A stretch of 20,595 bases of DNA, taken from contig JAPSGB010000061.1 in NCBI GenBank assembly GCA_035063585.1, positions 1 to 20,595 of the forward strand. The letters run 5' to 3'. A model generated the notes under the pieces. It had not been told where the DNA came from and searched no databases. It worked only from the letters and a program-made list of their open reading frames with translations. Shown piece by piece: positions 7,859 to 16,813 of the stretch (its first letter is position 1; the number at the start of each line of letters is the position of its first letter). This stretch comes from Polyangiaceae bacterium (lineage in GTDB: Bacteria; Myxococcota_A; Polyangia; Polyangiales; Polyangiaceae). The position numbers and the translations under genes were made by a program.

Positions 7859-8764
7859 TCACGCGCCGCCCAGGCGCTCGCGGTCGCTCCGCTCCACGCC
7901 GAGTCGCTCGAGCGCCTCGGCGAGCCGCCCGCGGGGCAGAGAGACTCGGGTCGGCATCCCGCCCGCGAGCCCGAACAATTCGAGGAAGTTTCGACCACTG
8001 TCGAAGGCGGCAGCCACCGCGACGTTGTCGCGATCGATGACCACGCTCACCGGCTCGCGCTCCTGCCCGAGCAAGAGCAGGAGCGTCTTGTCGACGGGAC
8101 CCGGGCCGCCGGTGACGTCGACCACGGCGACGCCGGGCGCGAGCCGCTCGTATCGCTCCGCGGCGCGCCGCGTCGCGCGCTCGATGGGGATGAGCTCGGC
8201 GGCGGCCGCGTCGATCGGCACCCAGAGTGAGTCGTCCGCGAGCCCGCTCGCGAGGTGCCGCACGATGAGCCCGCGGAGCCCCGCGTCCCGCGGGCGGCCG
8301 CGGAGCGCGCGATCGATCCGCTCCGCGGCCGCGCTCATCGCGCCGATGCGGGTGTCGACCGCGCGCGCGTCCGCGTCGCAGCCGGGATAAGGCTCCGCGC
8401 CGCCCGCCAGCCACTTCGCCGCGCTGGCGAGGCCGTCGAAATCGTCGTGACACACGATGCTGTCGATGCGCCCCACGCGCTCGACCAGCGCGCGATCGAT
8501 CATCTCCGGGCACGCGCCGTGCTCGGCCTTGGTCGCGAGCACGAAGCGCGGATCGGCGCGGAACGCGGCGTGTCGCTCGTGGTCGTGGTGATCGACCCAT
8601 GCCCGGAGTCGCTCGCCGAGCCCGGTGATGAACGGCTCGGTCACCTTCTCGTAGCCGCTGCCGAGCCCGGCGAAGGCGATGTCGAGCACCACCACCCGGC
8701 CCTCGACTGCTCGTGGTTTCGGGAGCTTACGCGGCGTGGCGAAATGGAGCGTGGGATTTGACAT
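7859..8764 (-). CDS. DHH-family phosphoesterase (NrnB-like motifs) with permuted motif order
   Basis: ATG 8764; the upstream extension to 9796 is antisense to the next gene. Motifs VVVLDIAF, WVDHHDH, HGACPEMI, then IVCHDDFDGLASAA. Confidence 0.7.
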   Translation of the reverse strand: MSNPTLHFATPRKLPKPRAVEGRVVVLDIAFAGLGSGYEKVTEPFITGLGERLRAWVDHHDHERHAAFRADPRFVLATKAEHGACPEMIDRALVERVGRIDSIVCHDDFDGLASAAKWLAGGAEPYPGCDADARAVDTRIGAMSAAAERIDRALRGRPRDAGLRGLIVRHLASGLADDSLWVPIDAAAAELIPIERATRRAAERYERLAPGVAVVDVTGGPGPVDKTLLLLLGQEREPVSVVIDRDNVAVAAAFDSGRNFLELFGLAGGMPTRVSLPRGRLAEALERLGVERSDRERLGGA

Positions 8765-8920
8765 GATGGCGCGGGCTCCCTCGTCCAAGTATGTACTCGA
8801 GCAGCGAGCTCGCGGCGGCGCGGTTTTTTCGGACCGAGCGCCGGCCGCACCCAGGCGCCGGCCGCGCCGGACCGGCATCACCCGGCGCTCGCCCCGCCAG
8901 CACGAACGGAGGACGCCCCG

Positions 8921-9955
8921 ATGAAGCTCAGAATCTCCCTCACGGCGCTCGCGGCGCTCGGTCTCGCCGCGACGCTCGGCGGCCGGGCCGCGGAGGCGGA
9001 GGTGGCGGTCACCTCGGCGGGGCGCTGCACGCTCCGTGGCCAGCCGGCGCTCCCGCCGGATCTCGAGATCTTCAGCGAGAGCCAGGGCGGGGAGGCCATC
9101 GCGCGCTTCACGGGCGCCGCGATCGCGGTGAGCGTCCGAGATTTTCCCGCAAGTGGTAAGGGCGGGCGCGCCTCGGTGCAGACCGGGAACGCGCGGGGCG
9201 CGGGGAGCTTCCGCATCGACGGCTTCGTGGACGCGGCGAAGGTGCCGCTCGCGACCGCCCGAGATGTCCCGGTGGTGCTCGAGCACCTCTGGCTCGGCGC
9301 GCACCGGCGCGTGCACTTCGTAGCGGCGGCGCCGGACCGGCTGCGCGTCGAGCTCACCATGACGACGCCGATGCGGCAGAGCTTCTCGGCGTGGGCGAGC
9401 TGCGGCGCGCTCTCGCTCGACGCGGGCGTGCCGGTCGGGTGGACGCCCGCGGGGCGCGAACGCGGCTACGTGGTGAAAAAGGATCGAATCGACCTCTATG
9501 ACCGCCCGTCGGCCGAGCGGAAGGTGGTGACCACGCTGATTCGCTCGGCGGAGAGCGGCATCTTGCTCTTTGGCACCGAGCGCCGCGGCGGGTTCGTGCG
9601 CGTCGCGTTCCACGGGCCGGTCATCATCGACGCCTGGGCGCGCCTCTCGGACTTGGTCGCGCTCCCGCCGGGCGAGACGATGGATCAAGTCCAGGAGAGC
9701 ACCACCGTGTCGAGCGGGCCGCGGCTCGCGCTCGCGGCGAGCCCGAGGCTCGTGCGAACCACGCGCGAGGTAGCGCTCCGCGTGGTGGCGAAACACGACG
9801 CGCGCGTGATCGGGAAGATCGATCCCGAGACGGACACCTACGTCATCGACGTGGTGGCGGGTTGGGCGAGCGTGATGCCGAAGGCGCTCGACGTCGCACC
9901 GGCGGGCGAGAAGCAGTTCTGGGCCAAGGCGAGCGAGCTCGGGCTCGGGACGTGA
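8921..9955 (+). CDS. Exported hypothetical protein, beta-rich, probably with SH3-like domains
   Basis: RBS GGAGG; signal peptide ending AAEA. IDLYDRPSAERKVVTTL...ERRGGFVRV...IDAWAR and VALRVVAKHDARVIGKI...YVIDVVAGWASV...FWAK resemble bacterial SH3 repeats. Confidence 0.65.
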   Translation: MKLRISLTALAALGLAATLGGRAAEAEVAVTSAGRCTLRGQPALPPDLEIFSESQGGEAIARFTGAAIAVSVRDFPASGKGGRASVQTGNARGAGSFRIDGFVDAAKVPLATARDVPVVLEHLWLGAHRRVHFVAAAPDRLRVELTMTTPMRQSFSAWASCGALSLDAGVPVGWTPAGRERGYVVKKDRIDLYDRPSAERKVVTTLIRSAESGILLFGTERRGGFVRVAFHGPVIIDAWARLSDLVALPPGETMDQVQESTTVSSGPRLALAASPRLVRTTREVALRVVAKHDARVIGKIDPETDTYVIDVVAGWASVMPKALDVAPAGEKQFWAKASELGLGT

Positions 9956-9999
9956 GCCGGGTGGGCGACGCGTTCGCGGCGTGTTAGCTTCGGCGCGCC

Positions 10000-10968
10000 G
10001 TGACGGTCTCCGACGACATCATCCGCGCCGCGCTCGCTCGCCCGCTCACCGGGACGGATTTTCCCGCCCTCGGCGCCAAGTACGAGGGCAAGGTCCGCGA
10101 CAACTACACCGCGCCCGACGGGCGTCGCTTCATCATCGTGACCGATCGCATCAGCGCCTTCGATCGCGTGCTCGGCACCTTGCCCCTCAAGGGGCAGGTC
10201 TTGAACCACGTGGCGGCGTGGTGGTTCTCACACACCCGCCACATCGCGGAAAATCACCTCCTCGAGGTGCCCGATCCGAACGTGATGATCGCGCGCGAGT
10301 GCCAGCCGCTCCCGGTCGAGATGGTGGTGCGCGCATACCTCACCGGCACCACGTCGACCAGCATCCTCGTGCACTACGAGCGCGGCGAGCGAACCTTCTG
10401 CGGGCACGTGCTCCCCGACGGGCTCGAGAAGCACGCGCGCCTGCCCGAGCCGCTCCTCACGCCGAGCACCAAGGCCGCGCACGGCGGCCACGACGTGAGC
10501 GCGTCGCGCGACGAGATCCTCGCGCTCACCGGGATGCCCGCGGAGGACTTCGATCGTGCGGCGGCGCTGGCGCTGGCGCTCTTCGCTGAAGGCCAGCGGG
10601 TGTGCGCCGAGCGCGGGCTCATCTTGGTCGATACGAAGTACGAGTTCGGCAAGACGAGCGACGGCCGCATCGTGGTCATCGACGAGATCCACACCCCCGA
10701 CTCCTCGCGCTTCTGGTTCGCGGAGAGCTACGAGGCGCGCCTGCGTGAGGGCCGCGCTCCGGAGAGCTTCGACAAGGAGCACGTGCGCCGCTGGCTCGCC
10801 GCCGAGGGCTTCACGGGCGACGGCGAGCTCCCGAAGCTCCCGGACGAGCTGCGGGTCGAGGCGATGCGCCGCTACATCGAGGCCGTCGAGCGCATCACCG
10901 GCGCGGAGTTCGTGCCGAACCTCGACGAGCCGATCGCTCGAATCCGCAAGAACCTCGGCATTCGCTGA
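10000..10968 (+). CDS. purC: Phosphoribosylaminoimidazole-succinocarboxamide (SAICAR) synthase
   Basis: YEGKVRDNY, TDRISAFD, KGQVLN, PVEMVVRAYLTG, TPSTKA, GLILVDTKYEFG, DEIHTPDSSRFW, FDKEHVR. Confidence 0.97.
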   Translation: MTVSDDIIRAALARPLTGTDFPALGAKYEGKVRDNYTAPDGRRFIIVTDRISAFDRVLGTLPLKGQVLNHVAAWWFSHTRHIAENHLLEVPDPNVMIARECQPLPVEMVVRAYLTGTTSTSILVHYERGERTFCGHVLPDGLEKHARLPEPLLTPSTKAAHGGHDVSASRDEILALTGMPAEDFDRAAALALALFAEGQRVCAERGLILVDTKYEFGKTSDGRIVVIDEIHTPDSSRFWFAESYEARLREGRAPESFDKEHVRRWLAAEGFTGDGELPKLPDELRVEAMRRYIEAVERITGAEFVPNLDEPIARIRKNLGIR

Positions 10969-11057
10969 CCCGAGAGCGGGGGTTGGTCGGGCCGGCGCGA
11001 GACCGCGAGGCGCGGGCGGGCTCGCCTTTCCGGTGGCATGGAGCGACGCTCGCCCCC

Positions 11058-12905
11058 ATGAACTTGGTGGAGGGCGATCGAGTCGATCGATACGTGCTCC
11101 GCGCGCGGCTCGGCGAGGGTGGGCAAGGCGAGGTGTGGCGCGCCGAGGATCCGCTCGCGCCCGGCGAGCCGAGAGCGCTGAAGTTGGTTCGGGTGGGGAG
11201 CGCCTCCGCCGTCCAGCTCGAGCGCGTCCGGCGCGAAGCTCGCCAGCTCGTCCAGCTCCGGCACCCGTCCTTGGTCGCGTGCCACGCCCTCTTCGAGGAT
11301 CTGCACCAAGGGCTGCTCGGCGTGGTCATGGAGCTCGCCGACGGGCAGGCCTTGGACGAGCTCGTCGAGGAGCCGGCGCTCGCAGACGACGCTCGACTGC
11401 TCGTGCTCGCGCACGTCGCCGGCGCGCTCGCCTATGTGCACCAGCGCGGCGTCGTTCACCGCGACATCAAGCTCGAGAACGTGATCGTGACCCGCGCATT
11501 CCGCAGCGCGCCCACCGACCCCCGCAACGTGAAGCTCATCGATTTCGGGATCGCCATCGAGTCGGACAACCCGAAGCCCCTCACCCAGCTCGGCCACGTC
11601 ATCGGGACGCCGCCGTACCTCGCGCCGGAGCTCATCGAGCCGAGCGCCTGGCACGGCAGCGGGACGGCGACGCCCACCTCCGACCTCTTTGCGCTCGGGG
11701 TGCTCGCGTGGAAGCTCCTGCTCCACCAGCGCGACGCGCACCCGACGGGCCTCGGCCCTCGGGCGCAGCTCGCCGAGCTCGCGGTCGCGTATCGGAGACA
11801 CCGCGACGCCGCGTGGCCGGTGCTGTCACCTCGCCGGAGCTGGCTCCCCGTGGTCGCGGAGTGGCTCGCGCTCGAGCCGAGCGCGCGGCCAAGGGACGGG
11901 CTGGCGGCGCTCGGCCAGCTCGGGCGACTGCTCTCGAGCGTGAGCTTGGCGACCGCGGACGAACCCGCGGTGACCCCGCCGGTGACCAGCGCGTTCATCT
12001 CGAGCCCGTCGCTGTCGCGCCGGCTCGACGGCGCGCTCCGCACCGAGCCCGACGCGCCGCCGACTCGCCAGTCGACGCCGGAGGTCAGCGTGCGCACGCT
12101 CGACCAGCCGCCCTACGTGCTGCCGTCACAGGCCCCACGGGAACCGCGCGTAGCCGCCCGAGCGCACGGGAGCCCGGCGGTGGCGCTCGCGGTGGTGCTC
12201 GCGGTGGGCGGCGGGGGCGTGGTGGCCGCGAGCGCGGTAGGAGCTGCGCTCTACCTCCGAGGCTGGGGCTTCTGGCGGACCGAGAGCGCTCCCGCGGTCA
12301 CCGCGGCCCCGGGCCCGAGCCCGGAGGCACCGCGAGGCGATCTCGGCTCGGCGAGCCCACCGAGCGTAGTGAGCCCGACGTTGCCTGACCCGGCTCGACC
12401 GAAGTCGTGCGCCGCAGACGCGGGGATATGCAGCGCTGGGTGCTGCCCCTCCGGGCGCGACTGCGGGGAGTACGGCTGTGGCGCGCTCCTCCAACCCGAC
12501 GAGTCGTGGGACTTGCGGCTCTGGCAGATAAAGCTGAACGATGCCTCTACGAGCTCATCGAATGACCCGAGCGTTCGAGTCTGCGTGACCCGAGTCCGTG
12601 ACGGGGCCTCGGAGTGCTTTTCCAACCACGGATACCAGCGCGCGGTCTCACCTGCCGCGCTCCGGATCACCCTGAATGATCTGACGAAGAGCGGCTTGGC
12701 CATAACCGTCACGAGGTTCGAGGGCGGGTTCCGCCCCGTGCTCTTAGGGTCCCGAGGGAGCGCCCGGTACGCCTCGATCAAACGAGCGGCGCTGTGCCAA
12801 GGGCTGCGCTTCGGCTCCTTCAGCGGCTCGGTGGCGTCGGTCCTCTTCTACCTCGATGACCCGAGCTCGCCCCCTGCCTTCCGTGAGTGTAGCCTGGCAA
12901 GGTGA
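11058..12905 (+). CDS. Membrane-anchored Hanks-type Ser/Thr protein kinase with a Cys-rich extracytoplasmic domain
   Basis: LGEGGQGEVW, ALK, HRDIKLEN, KLIDFG, GTPPYLAPE, SDLFALG. Pro-rich linker, TM segment (VALAVVLAVGGGGVVAASAVGAALYL), then C-x5-C-x3-CC-x5-C-x4-C and a beta-rich tail. ATG 11058 preferred. Confidence 0.92.
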   Translation: MNLVEGDRVDRYVLRARLGEGGQGEVWRAEDPLAPGEPRALKLVRVGSASAVQLERVRREARQLVQLRHPSLVACHALFEDLHQGLLGVVMELADGQALDELVEEPALADDARLLVLAHVAGALAYVHQRGVVHRDIKLENVIVTRAFRSAPTDPRNVKLIDFGIAIESDNPKPLTQLGHVIGTPPYLAPELIEPSAWHGSGTATPTSDLFALGVLAWKLLLHQRDAHPTGLGPRAQLAELAVAYRRHRDAAWPVLSPRRSWLPVVAEWLALEPSARPRDGLAALGQLGRLLSSVSLATADEPAVTPPVTSAFISSPSLSRRLDGALRTEPDAPPTRQSTPEVSVRTLDQPPYVLPSQAPREPRVAARAHGSPAVALAVVLAVGGGGVVAASAVGAALYLRGWGFWRTESAPAVTAAPGPSPEAPRGDLGSASPPSVVSPTLPDPARPKSCAADAGICSAGCCPSGRDCGEYGCGALLQPDESWDLRLWQIKLNDASTSSSNDPSVRVCVTRVRDGASECFSNHGYQRAVSPAALRITLNDLTKSGLAITVTRFEGGFRPVLLGSRGSARYASIKRAALCQGLRFGSFSGSVASVLFYLDDPSSPPAFRECSLAR

Positions 12906-13036
12906 GCCGCGCTCATTGCCGATGATGAGCCACCCCACCGAAGCGCACGAGCGGCGGAGCGCTGCACGTCGGTACTCCGCCGGCTGGCTCGCGCGCCGGT
13001 GTGCGCGGCGCGCGCGCGAGTGTTAGCGTTCCGGCC

Positions 13037-15481
13037 ATGAGGTTGCTTCACGGGGTCCTGGGTCTCGGCGGAGTCGCGCTGGTGCTCGTCGCGTGCGGGT
13101 CGAGCGACGGTGAAACCGCAGACGGTAGAAGATCGGACGGAGGTGCGGGCGCGAGCGGCAGCGCGGGCACCGGCGGCGGCTCGGCGGGCACGGGCACCGG
13201 CGGCGGCTTCAACGTCGACGGCGGCGGCGGCTCGAACGGCGAGTGCGCGACCGACGGCGCGTCGTGCGGCGACGCCGGCGACGGCGTGTGCGCGGGCGGC
13301 ACCTGCTGCTCGGCGGCGCAGGCGTGCGGCGCGACCTGCTGCGGCGGTGGCGAGGTGTGCGCGTTCCAGAAGTGCGTCACGCCCGGCGCCGTGTGCGTCG
13401 ACTCCGGCGATTGCCCGAGCGGGCACTACTGCGATCACGGCGGCTCCTCATCGAGCAGTGGCGCGGCTGGCGCAGGCGGGGCTGCGGGCGCGGCAGGTGC
13501 GGGCGGGGCTGCGGGCGCGGCTGGTGCCGGCGGCAGCGGCGCGGCGTGCCACGGCGGCGCCGAGCAACCGGCCGGGCGCTGACTTCCCAAGCCGCCCGAG
13601 TGCGATGGAGGGGCCACCCCGGATCCGAACGGTCCCATCTCGTGCCTCACGAAGTGCGAGTACCGCCCTCAGCCCCTGCCGTTCAAGGCAGAGCTCAAGT
13701 ACTCGTGGGGCAGCCCGACCGCGCCGAACACGCACGACAGCGTGATGATGGCGCCCATCGTCATTCAGCTCGATGACGACGACTGCGACGGGATCGTGAC
13801 CGAGAAGGATATCCCGGAGATCGTCTTTTCGACCTACCTCGGCAACAACTACCGTGGAAATGGCACGCTCCACGCCATCTCCGTGAAGGGCGGCGCGCTC
13901 GTCGAGAAGTGGGCGGTGAAGGCATCGGACGCGGAGATCCACCCCGGGGTGTCCATCGCCGCCGGGAATTTCGACGGGGCTCCGGGCAACGAGATTGTCG
14001 CGTGCCTGACGAACGGGAGCGCGCGCGCCTTCGACGCCGACGGCCAAGTGCTGTGGACGAGCGAGGGGGGCGGCTGCGCGATGCCGGCCATCGGCGACCT
14101 CGATCAGGACGGCGCGCCGGAGGTGGTGACCGAGCGGCGCATCATCGACGGGAAGACGGGCGCGACCAAGGCGGTCTTCGCGACGATCATCGGCAACTTC
14201 GCGCTCTATGACGTCGATGGCGACGGGCGGCTCGACGTCGTCGCGACGAACGCGGTCTACGGCGCGGACGGCGCGCTCCGCTACTCCGCGGGGGCGGCCG
14301 GCAGCTACGTGGCCATCGGCGATCTCGACAAGGACGGCGTGCCCGAGATCGTAAACATCGACAGCGCCCTCCACACCTTCACGGTGTGGCACCTGGTCGA
14401 CGACGCGAGCGGCGGGCCGGGCGCGAAGAAGGCCGAGGTCATCCGCACCGGCGTCGACATCAACGGCGATGCCTGGCCTGGTAACTGTTTGCCGGGCTCT
14501 TCCGGCTACACTCGCGGCGGGGGCCCGCCGACGGTGGCGGACTTCAACGGGGACGGCTTCGCCGACGTCGCGCTCGCGGGCGGCGTGGCCTACGCCGTCT
14601 TCGACGGCAAGAAGCTGATGGACGGCTCGGTCGCCAGCGCCGACACCGTGCTCTGGGCGAAAAAGACGCAAGACTGCTCGTCGGCCGCGACCGGCAGCTC
14701 CATCTTCGACTTCGACGGCGACGGCAAGGCCGAGGTCGTCTACGCCGACGAGACGCAGCTTCACGTCTACCAAGGGACGGACGGCGCCGATCTCGCGAGC
14801 ATCTGCAACACGAGCGGCACGCTCGTCGAGTATCCGCTCGTGGCCGACGTCGACAACGACGGGCAGGCCGATCTCATCGTCGCGTCGAATTCTTATTCGT
14901 CGATCACGTGCGCGGATGGCTCGAAGACCGCGGGCATCCGCATCTTCGGCGACGAGCACGGGAAATGGGTCCGCACGCGCCGAGTCTGGAATCAACACAC
15001 CTATCACGTCACCAACGTGAACGAGGACGGCTCCATCCCCGCAGCCGAGCTCCCCAACTTCTCTCAGCCGCGCCTCAACAATTTCCGCCAGAACGTGCAG
15101 CCCGTCGGCGAGTTCTCCGCGCCGGATCTGGTGGTGAGCCTGAGCGCAACCTGCGCGGGCGGCTATCGCCTCATCGCGCGGGTCCGCAACATCGGCGAGG
15201 CCTACGCGCCGCCGGGCATCCCGGTCGCCTTCTACCTGGGCGATCCGGCGAGCGGCGGCACGCTCCTCGGCACCGGCGCGACCACCCGCGCGCTCTACCC
15301 GCTCGACACGGAGGATGTCGCCGTCTCACTGTCGAACCCACCGGCGGCGGTGACCGATGGCTCGGGGCAGCTCTTCGCGCGCCTCGGCGACGGCGGCGCG
15401 GTGCCCGGCACCTTCCACCAGTGCCGCGACGACAACGACACCTCCGCGCCCGCCTCCGGCCGCTGCAACGGCCCGCGCTGA
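13037..15481 (+). pseudogene. Large Cys-rich FG-GAP/VCBS-repeat lipoprotein with a CARDB-like C-terminus, interrupted by one in-frame TGA at 13580-13582 (pseudogene, sequencing error or recoded)
   Basis: ORFs 13001..13582 and 13742..15481 are in the same frame. The sequence between them is open and protein-like (PAGR*LPKPPECDGG...SCLTKCEYRP...ELKYSWG...SVMMAPIV). Lipobox LVA-C; repeats GNFDGAPGNEI, GDLDQDGAPEV, DVDGDGRLDV, GDLDKDGVPEI, ADFNGDGFADV, FDFDGDGKAEV, ADVDNDGQADL; APDLVV...RVRNIGEA tail. Confidence 0.8.
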
Positions 15482-15520
15482 CTGGCGCGCGCGCCCTCGC
15501 GGAGGAGGGGGAGGTCTTGT

Positions 15521-15578
15521 CGGTCCGGCGCGCAGCCGCGCGGCTCGAGCGCGGCGCGACGCCGGCCGCGCCGGACCG
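15521..15578. terminator. GC-rich nested hairpin between convergent genes (possible terminator or RNA-stabilising stem)
   Basis: CGGTCCGGCGCG (15521-15532) pairs with CGCGCCGGACCG (15567-15578) and encloses GCCGCGC...GCGCGGC. No U-tract on either side. Confidence 0.35.
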
Positions 15579-15586
15579 GCACTCGG

Positions 15587-16810
15587 TCACGGATACAGCC
15601 AGCCGAACGACGCCTCGAACCAGGGGCGCGGCTCGAGCGCGGTGTCGAAGACGCCGTCGAGCTCACGTTGGATACGGTCGCGCTGGCCGGGGTCGTAGCC
15701 GAGCGAGGTGCTGACGTCGGACGGGTCGAGCGACCCAGGTTGAGCCGCGACTCCGAGGAGCAACGCGAGCCGGAAGGCGCCCTCCGAGCGATAACCGTAC
15801 CCGGCTCCGGCGAAGACCATGGGGACCGTCCCGGTGCGCTTGTAGTCGAGTGTTCCTTGGACGTCGTTGCCGGTCACGCTGCTCTCGTACCGGACCAACC
15901 CGAGCCCCAGATCGATGATCGGCGAGTGACGACGGAGCATCCAGAGCCGCGCCCGAGCCGGCACCCCGATGACGTGGATGCCGGCGGAGACCTGGGTGAG
16001 GCCGTCATCCGCGTCCGCCGTGGCGTGCCGATACGTGAGCCCGGCCGCGAGCTCGAGCCAGCAGGCGGGCTGATAGGCGAAGTCGCCGCCGAGCCAGCCG
16101 ACGGGCCCGAGGGCGTTCACGTGGAACCCGATGCGCGAGTCGGGACACGCGCGCGTCTCGGGCGCGCTCGGAGCCTGCGCGGCCGGCTCGGCGGCTTCGC
16201 GCTCGCGCGCGACGGCTCTCGCGGGGGCGGGCTCCTCGACGGGCTCCGGATCGTCGTGCTCCGGCGCGCCCGCGATCACGTCGAACTCGACTCGGCGGTT
16301 CTTGGCGCGTCCCTCGTCGCTGTCGTTGGTGCCGAGCGGCCGCGACTCTCCGTAGCCGATCGACGAGAGCCGGCCGCTCGCAATGCCGTGCTGCTCGAGC
16401 CAGCCGCGGACGGCGGCGGCGCGCTGGCGAGAGAGCAGGAGGTTCGCCTGATCCGAGCCGACCGAGTCGGTGTGGCCTTCCACTTTGACCTTCATCTCCG
16501 GGTGCGCCTCGAGGTAGCGCCGCATCGAGTCGAGCGTCGCGAAGGTGCCGTCGCCTTCGAGCGTGGCCTTGCCAAACTCGAAGTTTATGACGCCGCCCTG
16601 GTAGGTGAGCTTCCCGCCGACGAAGCGAATGAGCGGCTTCACCGGCTCGTCGCTCGCGCGAGCGCTCCCCTCGACGTTCGCCTCTGCCTGGAACCCCGCC
16701 TCGCCGCCTGGGGCATCGACGCGCGCTCGGGCGCTGCCGTGAGCCTGGCAGCCGACGACGGCCGCGACGAGCGGGAGGAGCGCGGAGAGTCTGTACGCGA
16801 TGAAACGCAT
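15587..16810 (-). CDS. OmpA-family lipoprotein: N-terminal peptidoglycan-binding domain plus a C-terminal putative beta-barrel
   Basis: Lipobox VVG-C. INFEFGKATL, VEGHTDSVGSDQANLLLSRQRAAAVR, GYGESRP, RAKNRRVEF. Pro/Ala linker, then amphipathic strands ending WFEASFGWLYP. Confidence 0.88.
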   Translation of the reverse strand: MRFIAYRLSALLPLVAAVVGCQAHGSARARVDAPGGEAGFQAEANVEGSARASDEPVKPLIRFVGGKLTYQGGVINFEFGKATLEGDGTFATLDSMRRYLEAHPEMKVKVEGHTDSVGSDQANLLLSRQRAAAVRGWLEQHGIASGRLSSIGYGESRPLGTNDSDEGRAKNRRVEFDVIAGAPEHDDPEPVEEPAPARAVAREREAAEPAAQAPSAPETRACPDSRIGFHVNALGPVGWLGGDFAYQPACWLELAAGLTYRHATADADDGLTQVSAGIHVIGVPARARLWMLRRHSPIIDLGLGLVRYESSVTGNDVQGTLDYKRTGTVPMVFAGAGYGYRSEGAFRLALLLGVAAQPGSLDPSDVSTSLGYDPGQRDRIQRELDGVFDTALEPRPWFEASFGWLYP

Positions 16811-16813
16811 GAG

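Noticed and set aside
8765..9796. N-terminal extension of the 645-aa minus ORF
   Set aside because: Antisense to the well-formed 8921-9955 gene; protein-like sequence starts at Met 8764.
13001..13582. Independent 193-aa lipoprotein gene followed by a separate 579-aa gene
   Set aside because: Same frame, coding-like sequence between them, and the second ORF has no signal peptide or clear RBS; better explained as one interrupted gene.
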